A stretch of DNA of 64,000 nt, taken from NCBI GenBank assembly GCA_965215565.1, contig CBDCDZ010000004.1:2528001-2592000 (forward strand), in the 5' to 3' direction. The position numbers and the translations under genes are program-made. How positions within the stretch are numbered: position 1 is the stretch's first letter; each line of letters opens with the position of its first letter. This DNA is from Trueperaceae bacterium. Lineage in GTDB: Bacteria > Deinococcota > Deinococci > Deinococcales > Trueperaceae. Shown here piece by piece: positions 49,106 through 62,746 of this stretch. Below the pieces are notes generated by a model. It had not been told where the DNA came from, ran no database searches, and saw only the letters and a list, made by a program, of their open reading frames with translations.

Positions 49106-50689
49106 TCAGAAGCCCACCGCCTGCCCGTCTTTGCGACTGTCAGAAGCGGCTAAGTAGCCATCCCCCAACCGATAAACAAGCTGCGCCCCACCAAAACCGC
49201 CGAACGCCGAACCCTCTACCACAACCTCATGCCCACGGCTGCGCAACTCATCTAAGACGTCAGGCTTGAAACCCGGCTCTACGTGAACCTCTCGCCCGCC
49301 CGCCACGCGCCAACGCGGAGCGTCACTCGCCGCTTGTGGGTTCTGTCCATAGTCACACAGCCGAATCACCATCTGCGCGTGACCCTGAGGCTGCATCGGT
49401 CCGCCCATCACACCGAAGCTCATCAGCGGTTGTCCGTTTTGCGTCAGAAAGCCAGGGATGATGGTGTGAAAGGGACGTTTGCCGCCCGCCACTTGATTCG
49501 GATGCCCCTCTTCTAACGTGAAGCCCGCGCCCCGATTCTGCAAGCTGATGCCCGTGCCCGGCACGACGATGCCCGAGCCGAAGCCGTAATAGTTCGACTG
49601 GATAAACGAGACCATCATGCCTTCCGCGTCCGCCGCCGTGAGGTAGACCGTGCCGCCACGTTTAGGAATTCCGTAGTTTGGGTCTTCAGCGCGTTTCATG
49701 TCAATTTCTTTGGCGCGTTCTTTCAAGTAATCACTGTGAAGCAGGCTTTCCAAGCTCATATCCATCGTGTCCGCGTCGGAAACATAGCGGTAGGCATCGG
49801 CGAAGGCGAGTTTCATCGCCTCGAGCTGCACGTGCAAACTGTCTGCCGAATCCACCGGATAATCCGCCACTGGATGATGCTCTAATATTCCTAGCATGAG
49901 GAGCGCCGCTAAACCTTGCCCGTTCGGGGGAATCTCGTGGAGCGTGACCTCTCGGTAATTCTGAGAGATGAGGTCAACCCAATCCACTCGGTGCTCCGCT
50001 AAATCCTCTTCGGTGAGTAGGGCGTTTGATTTGCTCGAGTGCGCCGCTATCCTCTGCGCCAAGTCGCCTCTATAAAACGCTTCACCCTTCGTTTCAGCGA
50101 TGCGCTCCAAAGTTTTCGCTTGGTCTTCGTATCTGAAAAGCTCGCCCGCATGGGGCGCACGTCCGTTCGGCAAGAACTTAGCCGCGAATTCAGGAAAGTC
50201 ACCGAACACTTTAGGCGCGACGGACCAGGCTTTAGCTGTGATGGGCGAAACGAGATACCCTTCTCTTACGTAGCGAATCGCAGGTTCGAAGAGGTTTTCA
50301 AAGGGAAGTTTGCCGTAACGTTTTGACAGCGACACCCACGACGAGACCGCACCAGGTACAGTAACCGCGTCCCAACCGCTAAGAGGTACAGCGTCCAAAC
50401 CCGCGAAACGCTCTTTCGTAAGCGCTCTAGGCGAGCGTCCCGAAGCGTTAAGCCCGACGAGTTCTTGACCGTCCCAAAGAATCGCGAAAGCGTCCGAGCC
50501 GATGCCGTTCGAGGTTGGCTCAACCACAGTTAAAGCGATTGCCGCCGCGAGCGCCGCGTCTACGGCGTTGCCGCCTTTGCTGAGCATCTGCAACCCCGCC
50601 TGCGCTGCGAGAGGTTGCGACGTCGCCACGACGTTACGCGCCAGCACGGGCATCCGCTGTGAGAAATAGGGAAAATCATAGGTGAACAT
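49106..50689 (-). CDS. ggt: Gamma-glutamyltransferase family protein
   Basis: GGNAVDAA, nucleophile GTVYL, FGSG, PFHTIIP, GVMGG, DSRKDG. Confidence 0.93.
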   Translation of the reverse strand: MFTYDFPYFSQRMPVLARNVVATSQPLAAQAGLQMLSKGGNAVDAALAAAIALTVVEPTSNGIGSDAFAILWDGQELVGLNASGRSPRALTKERFAGLDAVPLSGWDAVTVPGAVSSWVSLSKRYGKLPFENLFEPAIRYVREGYLVSPITAKAWSVAPKVFGDFPEFAAKFLPNGRAPHAGELFRYEDQAKTLERIAETKGEAFYRGDLAQRIAAHSSKSNALLTEEDLAEHRVDWVDLISQNYREVTLHEIPPNGQGLAALLMLGILEHHPVADYPVDSADSLHVQLEAMKLAFADAYRYVSDADTMDMSLESLLHSDYLKERAKEIDMKRAEDPNYGIPKRGGTVYLTAADAEGMMVSFIQSNYYGFGSGIVVPGTGISLQNRGAGFTLEEGHPNQVAGGKRPFHTIIPGFLTQNGQPLMSFGVMGGPMQPQGHAQMVIRLCDYGQNPQAASDAPRWRVAGGREVHVEPGFKPDVLDELRSRGHEVVVEGSAFGGFGGAQLVYRLGDGYLAASDSRKDGQAVGF

Positions 50690-50698
50690 AGATAGCTC

Positions 50699-51244
50699 CT
50701 AGCGAAATAAGGTGATACCCACCACGCCACCCACAACGATCAGGAGAGCAGGGTGAACATCGAAGCGAACTGCCAATACAAACGCGCCGATGGCGAGCAG
50801 CCAAAACGCCCAGTTGCCAAGCCACTCAGAAGGCGAGCCAAACGCGCGCGGGGCAAACTCATAGACAACGAGCGCTAAAAGGGCAATGACCACAGGACGC
50901 ACCCCTTTGAGGAAGTTCTCAAAGATAGGCGCGTCGCGGTAGCGCAAGTAGAGCGCTCCGAGCGCAATCATAGCGATTACAGTCGGCACAGTCACACCGA
51001 CGACACCCGCCGTCGCACCCGCCACGCCCGAGACCTTGTAACCGACATAGCCTGCCATCTTCGTCGCGATCGGACCGGGTAGCGTGTTGCCGAACGCAAA
51101 AGCGTCCAAGAACTCCTCTTGGCTGAGCCAACCTTGCACGTCTACGACCTCTTCTTGGATAAGAGGAATCATCGAAGGACCGCCGCCGAAGCCGAAGAGC
51201 CCAACTTTGGTAAAAGACCAAAAGAGCGACCATATTTCTGTCAT
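50699..51244 (-). CDS. Short-chain chromate transporter (ChrA family)
   Basis: GFGGG, WLSQEEF, LPGP motifs. Confidence 0.88.
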   Translation of the reverse strand: MTEIWSLFWSFTKVGLFGFGGGPSMIPLIQEEVVDVQGWLSQEEFLDAFAFGNTLPGPIATKMAGYVGYKVSGVAGATAGVVGVTVPTVIAMIALGALYLRYRDAPIFENFLKGVRPVVIALLALVVYEFAPRAFGSPSEWLGNWAFWLLAIGAFVLAVRFDVHPALLIVVGGVVGITLFR

Positions 51245-51439
51245 GCTTCGCTTTTACCATGTTTTAGCAAGTCTCAGCCGTGAGGCTAGCGGGTTTTCCT
51301 CTGGTCACAAAGGCCCTTAGCCGTTAAAGTACTGCAAGAACACGCACTATTAAATGATACTTGCGAAATTTTCATAGTTTTTCAAAGCTAGCGTTTTTTA
51401 CGCTAGCCTCATAGCGTAAGACTCGAACCCGCCTCAATT

Positions 51440-51943
51440 CTAAGATTCAACTTTTTTCTTTCTATCCGAAAGCGCCATCTGCGTATAAGACCCTGCAAAT
51501 AAAAACCCGAGCAGATAATAAAGCCCGAGTATCGCTAGCAAAAGGATAAGGGTGCGCAGTTCTGCGCCGACGAGCCACGCGAAAAGCGCGAACCAAGCAG
51601 GCGTCGAAAGGATAACCCCTTGCGCAATGACAGCAGCGAGGGCTCCGCCTTTGCCTTCTTGTACATTGGTGTGGCTACTTTTGGCTCGAGTATTTTGAGC
51701 AGCAAATCGGCCCAAAAGGAGTGCCACGAAGAGTTGCAGGCTGGCAAGTCCTATTAAGGCTTGACTGGTGAAGGGGAGGGGGGACTTGAGCGGTTCCACG
51801 AAAAGTAGCAGCGCCAACCAAAGCAGCAACACCACACTAAGCTGCCCCCAAAACGCAAGCGCGAAGACGAAGCGCAAGCTAAGTGACGCCTGAGACTTCG
51901 TCGGCGCGTCACTCTTGATGAATTGTTGAACAGTCTGAAACAC
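51440..51943 (-). CDS. Hypothetical membrane protein
   Basis: About four TM helices. Confidence 0.6.
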   Translation of the reverse strand: MFQTVQQFIKSDAPTKSQASLSLRFVFALAFWGQLSVVLLLWLALLLFVEPLKSPLPFTSQALIGLASLQLFVALLLGRFAAQNTRAKSSHTNVQEGKGGALAAVIAQGVILSTPAWFALFAWLVGAELRTLILLLAILGLYYLLGFLFAGSYTQMALSDRKKKVES

Positions 51944-51959
51944 GCCGTACTACGCCAAT

Positions 51960-52091
51960 TTAGTGCGCATCCTCCGGCTCTACCGCTTCTTCTGCTAGGA
52001 GATGTCCCACATAGACAAACGCCGCCGCCGTCGCCGTGATACCGCCAAAGACCAACGTGCTGTAAAACATGATTTCGATGAACGTTTCCAC
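51960..52091 (-). CDS. 43-aa single-TM small protein (not in the ORF track)
   Basis: AAGAGGAGG RBS 5 nt before GTG; METFIEIMFYSTLVFGGITATAAAFVYVGHLLAEEAVEPEDAH. Confidence 0.6.
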   Translation of the reverse strand: METFIEIMFYSTLVFGGITATAAAFVYVGHLLAEEAVEPEDAH

Positions 52092-52161
52092 AATGTCCTC
52101 CTCTTGCTAGCTTACCGTAAATGAAAAGGATTGAAGAGAGGAGATGAAAGTGTCCAAACAC

Positions 52162-52191
52162 AAAAAAAGGCTCCGTCGAAAACGGGGCCTT
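52162..52191 (-). terminator. Terminator of the 23S-5S-tRNA operon
   Basis: AGGCCCCGT-TTCG-ACGGAGCCT followed by a T-run on the minus strand. Confidence 0.8.
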
Positions 52192-52198
52192 GATTCTT

Positions 52199-52274
<76 letters not shown>

Positions 52275-52407
52275 GAGATTGGTATCATCAATCAACAAAC
52301 GCAACCACTTGAAACAGCGGCGCTTGCTATTCTCAGATACCATGTCGTTCTTACGTATAAATAAGAGGCGCTACCCAAAGGGCAACACCTCATTAGTTTT
52401 GAAATAA

Positions 52408-52526
<119 letters not shown>

Positions 52527-52612
52527 AAAAAATAAGAGAGGTATCATCTCATACCAGAAACCTCAGAGTTGCGACAATGACGAATAAGAGTGATTGAAAA
52601 TTAGTCCAGAAT

Positions 52613-55538
<2,926 letters not shown>

Positions 55539-55660
55539 TATTTCGATAAAAGCTATTCTAGACACGCTTTTGAGCCTAAACTCAATTACGTTTTTGGATG
55601 CTCAATCACTCTTATTCGCTTGTCATTGTTCGCTGTCGGCTCTTTCGAGCGACAAAAAAT

Positions 55661-55690
55661 AGTGTACACCTACATCCCGAGACGTGTCAA
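55661..55690 (-). promoter_or_regulatory. Promoter of the 23S operon
   Basis: TTGACA-18 nt-TACACT about 120 nt upstream of 23S; no 16S gene upstream. Confidence 0.75.
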
Positions 55691-55958
55691 CCCCCTAGTT
55701 ACATGATTTCGAGGTTTTCTCCACTTCAGGGCTCTTTGGCGAGAGGTTTATCACGAACTTTTGCTGTGAGGGACGCTAGAATTGAGTTTTGGGAAAGAGG
55801 TGGGGTTGGCTCGAGAGAATGGCTGATTTTCTTTGAAAAGCGCTCTACGTAAGGAAAAGTGGCTGCTTATTCCAGGCGAGATCAGCACATTAGAGGGAAG
55901 CCGTAAGAATCTTGTAAGAGTTGAACCTCTACACTACCTTCGCACAGGGAGGTGCAGG

Positions 55959-56584
55959 ATGAAAATTTGTCTCAGTGTCGTTACCTTGATGCTTAGCTTG
56001 GCGTTCGCTCAAAGTAGCACTTACACTTTTGCTGATATTCCTTGGTTGTCCTCGAAAGAAGAAGTCGTGGATGCTATGGAAGCTCGAAATTACACTGTAA
56101 ATTCAATTCTTAAAGCTTATCAAGAGCGCTCTAGTATATGAGCAGCACTGAGCTAACTATATTCAATACAAAGGAAAACCTCTTAGGACGCACCATTGCT
56201 ATATTTGCCAGCTTTAATCAAGGCGAGCAGCTTGTAAGAATGGGGGTTTACCTTTTTCCAAATCACGATCTCCCTCAAGATCAACTTCGCCGTGACACCG
56301 AAGAAGTTTTCTCTAACTTGAAAGAGCTTCTCAAAGAGAAGTATGGATACACTGCTTATGATTTTGAATTTCCTCCAAAACTACACGATACAGGTAGTAG
56401 CTTTGAGGAATTGATTGCCGCTGGCGATGAAATAACTGCTATAACGCACTGGTTTAGCGATACTGATTCAAGTGAACTCTATGTATCTGCAAAGCAAAAT
56501 TCGATAATAACTGTTGCCTATCTGTCACCTCACTGGGAGGCTGAGCCTAAACGTCGTCAAGGACCTCTTGCAAATGACCTCTAA
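55959..56584 (+). pseudogene. Secreted hypothetical protein, probably split by a frameshift (about 56100-56140)
   Basis: GGGAGG RBS, signal peptide and TFADIPW...SKEEV in the first frame; LKEKYG half in the next frame. The ATGA overlap also allows a two-gene reading. Confidence 0.5.
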
Positions 56585-56677
56585 GTAACTCGAAAGTTTA
56601 GCAAAGCGAAAGTAATAAAAGTACAGCTCGAGAAAGGTCTTCAAGGCTTAGCTCGAGCTTTTACTTTTGCCTCGAGC

Positions 56678-56920
56678 CTATCCCGTAAACATCCTCAAGA
56701 GGTCTTCAGGCAACTCGTCAAAGTCCTCCGCCATCCACACCTCACCCTCCCAAATGCGGACGCTCATATCGCGGGGGCTGATGTCGCGTTCATAAGCTAC
56801 GAGCTTGACCAGCGGCTCGCCGCGCTTGCTGATGATGACCTCTTCCCCTGCTAGGGCTCTTTCAATCAGCTTGGATTGGGCTTTGGCATCCGAGATGTTG
56901 ATGGTGTTCACTACTTTCAC
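56678..56920 (-). CDS. Phd/YefM-family antitoxin, no cognate toxin downstream
   Basis: INISDAKAQSKLIERALAGEEVIISKRGEPLVKL...MAEDFDELP. Confidence 0.75.
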   Translation of the reverse strand: MKVVNTINISDAKAQSKLIERALAGEEVIISKRGEPLVKLVAYERDISPRDMSVRIWEGEVWMAEDFDELPEDLLRMFTG

Positions 56921-57289
56921 CTAAGGATAAATACGCAAGTCCTCTGTAAACCCAATCAGCTCACCGTCTTCTAGCACGACTGCCATCCGTCCCACAAAGC
57001 CTCCTGTCATATATGTATCCGTCATCTGCCATTCGGGACGGCCCGCGTGTCGAACAGATAAGCTCGAGTCGCCCAAAACGTCAATGCCTACAACTGCGCT
57101 TTCTCTGGGTAGGATGTCGCCAACGGGATAGCTCGCTTGGTCCGTACCTATAACGACGTTCTCGAGCGTGCCCGGTCCAAGGTTATGCACCGTAACTTCG
57201 ATGTCGCTACCGTCCGTAAAGAAGATGGTTAGCGCTACAGCTACGACTGCCGCTACAGATAGAGGTAGCCAAACTATTCTTCGTCTCAC
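56921..57289 (-). CDS. Hypothetical exported protein
   Basis: GGAAGGA RBS; N-terminal hydrophobic anchor; beta-rich body. Confidence 0.6.
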   Translation of the reverse strand: MRRRIVWLPLSVAAVVAVALTIFFTDGSDIEVTVHNLGPGTLENVVIGTDQASYPVGDILPRESAVVGIDVLGDSSLSVRHAGRPEWQMTDTYMTGGFVGRMAVVLEDGELIGFTEDLRIYP

Positions 57290-57420
57290 ACTATCCTTCC
57301 GTCAGCGTCTTCTTTAGGGAGACGGTTATCTCGAGCCCTAACCTCTTAGTTCCGTCAGGATAAGCCTCTCGCAAATTAGATAGAAACAGGGCCCGTGAGC
57401 GAATTGCCGTACACTAAAGC

Positions 57421-57636
57421 ATGAAAGCCGTCGCTCTGATCGCACACGACAAGAAGAAGTTAGACCTTGCCATCTTCGCCAAAGACCACGCCGATATCTT
57501 GCGCAAGTTCCCTCTCATCGCCACGAGCACCACGGGCGGCATGTTGGAAACGAAGAGTCACCTCAAGGTGGAGCGCCTGATGTCAGGTCCGCAAGGGGAC
57601 GACTTGCCGGTAGGCGCACGCATCTCTACAGTTTGA
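57421..57636 (+). pseudogene. mgsA: Truncated methylglyoxal synthase
   Basis: VALIAHDKKK, ATSTTG and SGPQGD present, but the ORF stops at 71 aa before the FFxDP/PHxxD half. Confidence 0.75.
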
Positions 57637-57905
57637 CACAGCTTCTCCTACTTTCGCTGGAGGTCTAGTGAATGGAGCAGGCTCGAGTTCGTAATTATGA
57701 GTACAACTACTTCGTTTACCATTCAGGTCTATCGCTACTGTATCTAGCACGCTAGCCTTGGAGCACGAAGTTCTCGACTTTCGGGCGCGCTTGGCACGCT
57801 GTCTCCAGCAACTGATAAGCAAGATCATAAAACTTAATATTTACATCTTTAGCCCCTTCAACAAGATAAACCCAATTGTTAGGATAGAAATGCTGAGTGG
57901 GCTAC

Positions 57906-57954
57906 TTGGCTTTACCCCTTGCGGCATGTATACTGAAACTCGGAATAAGTCCGA
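57906..57954 (+). promoter_or_regulatory. Putative suf promoter with a palindromic operator
   Basis: TTGGCT-17 nt-TATACT, then TCGGA-ATAAG-TCCGA (57940-57954). Confidence 0.5.
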
Positions 57955-57955
57955 A

Positions 57956-58033
57956 TAGCAGGTATCATCTGGTTATAAACGCTCCCACTGAGATTGGCGC
58001 AAATTGGCACGCAAATTAAGGGATGATGCCTGC
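57956..58033. repeat. Short palindromic form of the repeat family, upstream of sufC
   Basis: GCAGGTATCATC...GATGATGCCTGC; exact IS110 target at 57958-57973. Confidence 0.82.
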
Positions 58034-58167
58034 GCTAACCTGTCCCGGTAGAAGCGCTAACCGCTTCAAAAGCTCGCCGAAGGGGTGAGCCAAGTCTTCC
58101 AACTTTCTGCTACACGTTTCCACAAACACTACATTTTCATAAGCAGTCTATAAGCAATGAGGTGTCT

Positions 58168-58923
58168 ATGAGTAACCAGCTAGAAATCCGCAACCTGCAC
58201 GCCGAAATCAACGGTGAGCCCATTCTGCGCGGTATCGACTTAGTCGTGCCAACGGGCGAAGTTCACGCGCTGATGGGTCCGAACGGCTCGGGTAAGTCCA
58301 CGCTCGCCAAAGTCATCGCAGGCGATCCTGCCTATGAGGTCACTGAGGGTGACATCTTAGTGGACGGCGAGAGCGTCATGGAGATGGAGCCCGACGAGCG
58401 GGCGCGCGCAGGTCTCTACTTGGCGTTTCAGTATCCTGTCGAGGTTCCTGGCGTTTCCATTGCCAACTTTTTGCGCCTAGCCGTCAACGCTCGCCGCGAC
58501 GATGACGATGAGATCGGCGTGATGGAGTTTTACAACAAGCTCCAGGGCGCGGTCAAAGCGCTCAATTGGGACGACTCGATTATCGAGCGCAACCTGCACG
58601 AGGGCTTCTCCGGCGGCGAGAAGAAGCGCAGTGAGGTCTTGCAGCTTCTCGTCTTAGAGCCTAAGTACGCCATCCTAGACGAAACCGACTCCGGCTTAGA
58701 CGTGGACGCGCTTAAAACTGTCTCGCAGGGCGTGAACGCCGCGAGAGGTGAGAACTTCGGCGCACTCGTCATCACCCACTACCAGCGGCTTCTCAATTAC
58801 ATCGTCCCCGACAAGGTTCACGTGATGTATAAGGGCAAGGTCATCAAAGAGGGTCCGAAAGAGTTGGCGATGGAGTTGGACCAGAAGGGGTATGACTGGT
58901 TGCGCGAAGAGGTAGCGGCGTAA
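58168..58923 (+). CDS. sufC: Fe-S assembly ATPase SufC
   Basis: [47 protein letters not shown]. Confidence 0.96.
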   Translation: MSNQLEIRNLHAEINGEPILRGIDLVVPTGEVHALMGPNGSGKSTLAKVIAGDPAYEVTEGDILVDGESVMEMEPDERARAGLYLAFQYPVEVPGVSIANFLRLAVNARRDDDDEIGVMEFYNKLQGAVKALNWDDSIIERNLHEGFSGGEKKRSEVLQLLVLEPKYAILDETDSGLDVDALKTVSQGVNAARGENFGALVITHYQRLLNYIVPDKVHVMYKGKVIKEGPKELAMELDQKGYDWLREEVAA

Positions 58924-59077
58924 AGCAGGTAGTATCTGGTCACAAACGCGCTAAGTGGTCAAAGCATTGACATAAGAATTATCTTTTAGGTTCTAGCTAA
59001 CGGCTAAAAGCTAATCGCCAGCCAGCTAAGTAAGCATTAGCAATATTCTCAGTTACAACCTCCCGAAAGGAGCCCGC

Positions 59078-60487
59078 ATGTCTGACGCAGCCAACCTGCA
59101 AGGAATGCAGCACGAAAAGCAGTACCAGTTCAGCCTACCCGAAGAGTACTTCTTCCGCTCGGAAAAGGGCTTGACCCGCCGCGTCATCGAGCAGATTTCG
59201 TACTACAAAAACGAGCCGGAGTGGATGCTCGCGTTTCGCCTCAAGGCGCTAGAAATCGCTCAGAAGAAAGGCCGCCCCAAGTGGGGACCCGACCTCAACA
59301 ACCTCAACTTTGACGACATCTACTTCTACATCCGCCCGCAGGATAAAAAGGGCACAAACTCCTGGGACGACGTGCCCGAAGAGGTCCGCGAGACGTATCG
59401 CCGCTTAGGGATTCCCGAAGCGGAGCAGAAGGCCTTAGCGGGCGTCGGCGCGCAGTACGAAAGTGAGATGGTCTATCACTCGCTCAAAGAAGAGTGGGAG
59501 AGAAAGGGCGTCATCTTTATGGATACGGATACGGGTCTGCAAGAGCACCCCGAGCTGTTCCGTGAGCACTTCGCGACAGTTGTGCCGCCCGAAGACAACT
59601 ACTTCGCTGCGGTGAACTCGGCGGCGTGGTCAGGCGGTTCGTTCGTGTACGTGCCCGCAGGCGTCGAAATCGAAGTGCCGCTCCAAGCGTACTTCCTCAT
59701 TAACGCGCAGAGCATGGGACAGTTCGAGCGCACGCTCATCATCGGCGAAGAGGGCTCGAAGTTTCATTACATCGAGGGCTGCACCGCGCCCACCTACAAC
59801 TCGGACTCGTTCCACTCGGGCGTTATCGAGATCATCTGTAACGGCAACTCGGACGTGCGCTACTCGACGATTCAAAACTGGTCACATAACGTCTATAACC
59901 TCGTCACGCAGCGTGCCCTAGTTTACAAGGACGCTTCGATGGGCTGGTTGGACGGCAACCTGGGCTCGAAAGTCACGATGAAGTACCCCTCTTGCTACCT
60001 TTTAGATGAGGGCGCAAGAGGTGAAGTCCTGTCCATCGCCTTTGCGGGTGAAGGGCAGCATCAAGACGCGGGCGCGAAGATGGTCCACGCTGCGCCGCAC
60101 ACCTCTTCCTCGGTCGTCTCGAAGTCCATCTCGAAAGATGGCGGGCGCTCCTCGTATCGCGGTTTGGTGGATATTCACGAAGGCGCACGCGGCGCACGCT
60201 CGAACGTCGAGTGCGACGCCCTTCTCCTGGACGACAGCGCGAAGACCGACACTTACCCCTACATCCAGATCAATGAAAAGACTGCGCACGTCGGTCACGA
60301 GGCGACGGTCTCGAAGCTCAACGACGAGCAGATTTTCTACCTGCAGTCGCGCGGACTAGAAGAGGCTGAAGCAGCGGCGCTGATTGTGCGCGGTTTCTTG
60401 GAGCCGGTGGCGAAAGAGTTACCGCTCGAGTACGCCGTCGAACTCAACCGCTTGATTGAACTCGAGATGGAAGGGAGTGTGGGGTAA
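59078..60487 (+). CDS. sufB: Fe-S assembly protein SufB
   Basis: [47 protein letters not shown]. Confidence 0.97.
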   Translation: MSDAANLQGMQHEKQYQFSLPEEYFFRSEKGLTRRVIEQISYYKNEPEWMLAFRLKALEIAQKKGRPKWGPDLNNLNFDDIYFYIRPQDKKGTNSWDDVPEEVRETYRRLGIPEAEQKALAGVGAQYESEMVYHSLKEEWERKGVIFMDTDTGLQEHPELFREHFATVVPPEDNYFAAVNSAAWSGGSFVYVPAGVEIEVPLQAYFLINAQSMGQFERTLIIGEEGSKFHYIEGCTAPTYNSDSFHSGVIEIICNGNSDVRYSTIQNWSHNVYNLVTQRALVYKDASMGWLDGNLGSKVTMKYPSCYLLDEGARGEVLSIAFAGEGQHQDAGAKMVHAAPHTSSSVVSKSISKDGGRSSYRGLVDIHEGARGARSNVECDALLLDDSAKTDTYPYIQINEKTAHVGHEATVSKLNDEQIFYLQSRGLEEAEAAALIVRGFLEPVAKELPLEYAVELNRLIELEMEGSVG

Positions 60488-60568
60488 GAGCAGTTGAAAG
60501 GACTGAGGTAAAAGAGGAAAGAGAAAGTCAGAAACTTTCACCTCAGTCCTTTTCTCTCGCGAAGCATC

Positions 60569-61891
60569 ATGGCAGACTTAGTCGCAAACCCCACCCTATC
60601 CGAAGGCACCGTCGAAGCGCTCATTCAAAAGCATGACGAACCCGCCTGGCTCGCCGAGGAGCGCCGCGCGGCGTTTCGCACCTATGAGGCGACGCCTTTC
60701 CCGACCCGCCGCGATGAGGTGTGGCGCTATACGCAGCTCGAGAGGTTCTCGCTGGAGGGTTTAGAGCCAGTAGGCGCACCTAAGAGCCGCGACGTCTCCG
60801 AGCGCATCCAAATGCGTATCGAGGACTCGGACGCCGAAGGCGTCTTAGTCCACAAGGGCAACGAAATCGTCCACCGCGACAGCAAAATCGGCGAAGAGGG
60901 CGTCATTTTTACCGATTTGCGCACCGCGCTACGCGAGCACGAAGACCTCGTTAGAGAGCACCTCTTCAGTGTTGTCAACGCGCAGCAGACGAAGTATACG
61001 GCGCTCAACGCCGCTTTTTGGGAGAACGGCACGTTCGTTTATGTTCCCAAGAATGTCGAAGTGAATTTGCCACTAGGTGCGTTCAACTCCGCCGACGCGG
61101 GCGGCATCACCGCGCCGCGCACACTGATTATCCTGGAGGCGAACGCCAAAGCCACCTTTATTGACGAATACACTAGCGAAGAGTTCGGCGAGCGGCTGTT
61201 CGTCTCGGGCGGCGCGGAGATCATCTTGGGCGACGGCGCGAAACTCCGCTACGTGAGCTTGCAGAACTGGAGCCGCAGCGTCGTTCATCTCAACAAGATT
61301 CGCGCTAAAGTCGGGCGCAACAGCCGCTTAGAGTCGCTGACCGTCTCACTCGGCGCGGACGCGGCGCGCGCCGAAGTCGAGTCTGTCCTGTCCGGTCCCG
61401 GCTCCGAGTCCGAGATGTTAGGTCTTTATTTCGCAGATAAGGGTCAGCACTATAACCAGTACACTTTGCAGCACCACGCCTCGGACCATGCGTTTTCCGA
61501 CCTCTTGTTCAAGGGCGCGCTGCGCGACTCTTCCGAGGCGGTCTACTCGGGCAACATCGTCGTAGACGAAAACGCGCAGAAAACCGACGCCTATCAGACG
61601 AACCGCAACCTGCTCTTAGACGAAGAGAGCGAAGCGGTCTCGATTCCGCAGCTTGAAATCGCTGCAAATGACGTACGCTGTTCGCACGGCTCGACGGTTT
61701 CCCCCGTACCCGAAGACCAACGCTTCTACCTGATGAGTCGCGGTCTCAAACCTGAAGTCGCTGAGCACGTGCTCGTGACGGGCTTCTTGCACGAGGTTAC
61801 GAGCCGCGTGACGCTACCCAAGGTAGCGGAGTATGTGGAGCGTGTGGTGCAGGCGAAGCTGGGTGTGCCGGGCGTGGAAGAGAAACTTTAA
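60569..61891 (+). CDS. sufD: Fe-S assembly protein SufD
   Basis: EVWRYT, PQLEIAANDVRCSHGST, FYLMSRG. Confidence 0.93.
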   Translation: MADLVANPTLSEGTVEALIQKHDEPAWLAEERRAAFRTYEATPFPTRRDEVWRYTQLERFSLEGLEPVGAPKSRDVSERIQMRIEDSDAEGVLVHKGNEIVHRDSKIGEEGVIFTDLRTALREHEDLVREHLFSVVNAQQTKYTALNAAFWENGTFVYVPKNVEVNLPLGAFNSADAGGITAPRTLIILEANAKATFIDEYTSEEFGERLFVSGGAEIILGDGAKLRYVSLQNWSRSVVHLNKIRAKVGRNSRLESLTVSLGADAARAEVESVLSGPGSESEMLGLYFADKGQHYNQYTLQHHASDHAFSDLLFKGALRDSSEAVYSGNIVVDENAQKTDAYQTNRNLLLDEESEAVSIPQLEIAANDVRCSHGSTVSPVPEDQRFYLMSRGLKPEVAEHVLVTGFLHEVTSRVTLPKVAEYVERVVQAKLGVPGVEEKL

Positions 61892-62005
61892 GAAGTAGCG
61901 AGCAATGAGTAACGAGCAATGAGCAAAAGCCTTTAGACTCACCGTTCGTCCAGCTTGACTGGATTGCTCGTTGCTTTCAACTCATTGCTCCTCCGTAGGA
62001 GGATT

Positions 62006-62323
62006 ATGACTACAGCTAGTTTAGAAGTCGGCAGCGTCGCCGACTTCCCCAATGATTCTATGCACCCCTTTCAGATAGGTGGCAAACCTGTGCTGCTCGT
62101 CCGTCAAAAGGATGAATTTTACGCTCTCGAGGACCGTTGCACCCACGACAACGGTATTTTGCATGACGGCGAACTCTTGGCGGGCGCGGTCAAGTGCGAG
62201 CGGCACGGCGCGAAGTTCAACCTTAAAAATGGACGTCCGACGATGCCCGCCGTTAAAAAAGTGCGGCTTTACCAGACGAGGATAGATGACGGCAAAGTCT
62301 TTATCGATTACCAAGAGAGCTGA
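62006..62323 (+). CDS. Rieske-type ferredoxin
   Basis: CTH...CERH ligands; AGGAGG RBS. Confidence 0.88.
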   Translation: MTTASLEVGSVADFPNDSMHPFQIGGKPVLLVRQKDEFYALEDRCTHDNGILHDGELLAGAVKCERHGAKFNLKNGRPTMPAVKKVRLYQTRIDDGKVFIDYQES

Positions 62324-62746
62324 CGGTGCACCTCATGTGGATTCCATATCAGACGTTTAGCGCCGCCCTCAGCGCGCAGTAGCCAGTTGTAAGCTATTTC
62401 ACTCGTCTTTGCCTGAGCCACCTCAAAAAGGTGACACCGCCGCACCTTTGTAGGGTAGATTAGTGTTGCGCTGTGACGCGGTTGTTAGGTTTGGGAGGGA
62501 CATGAGCCGTTGTTTCGGTACTTTGTCGGAGCGATGGCGAACCTGAGCGCGCTGGTCTGCACCGTCTCCACCCTGTCACTACTGTAGGGCATGACTCTCA
62601 CTATTTCTTCATCACATGTTTGAGTAACTGTGTAAGACTACCGTGCGAGTTTGCGCTTCACATGCGAACGACTTGAAAGGGGGTTGATGAGCCTCAGCAA
62701 GCTCAGATAGACGCACTTCAACCTAAGTTCAACGAGAGAGGATGAT

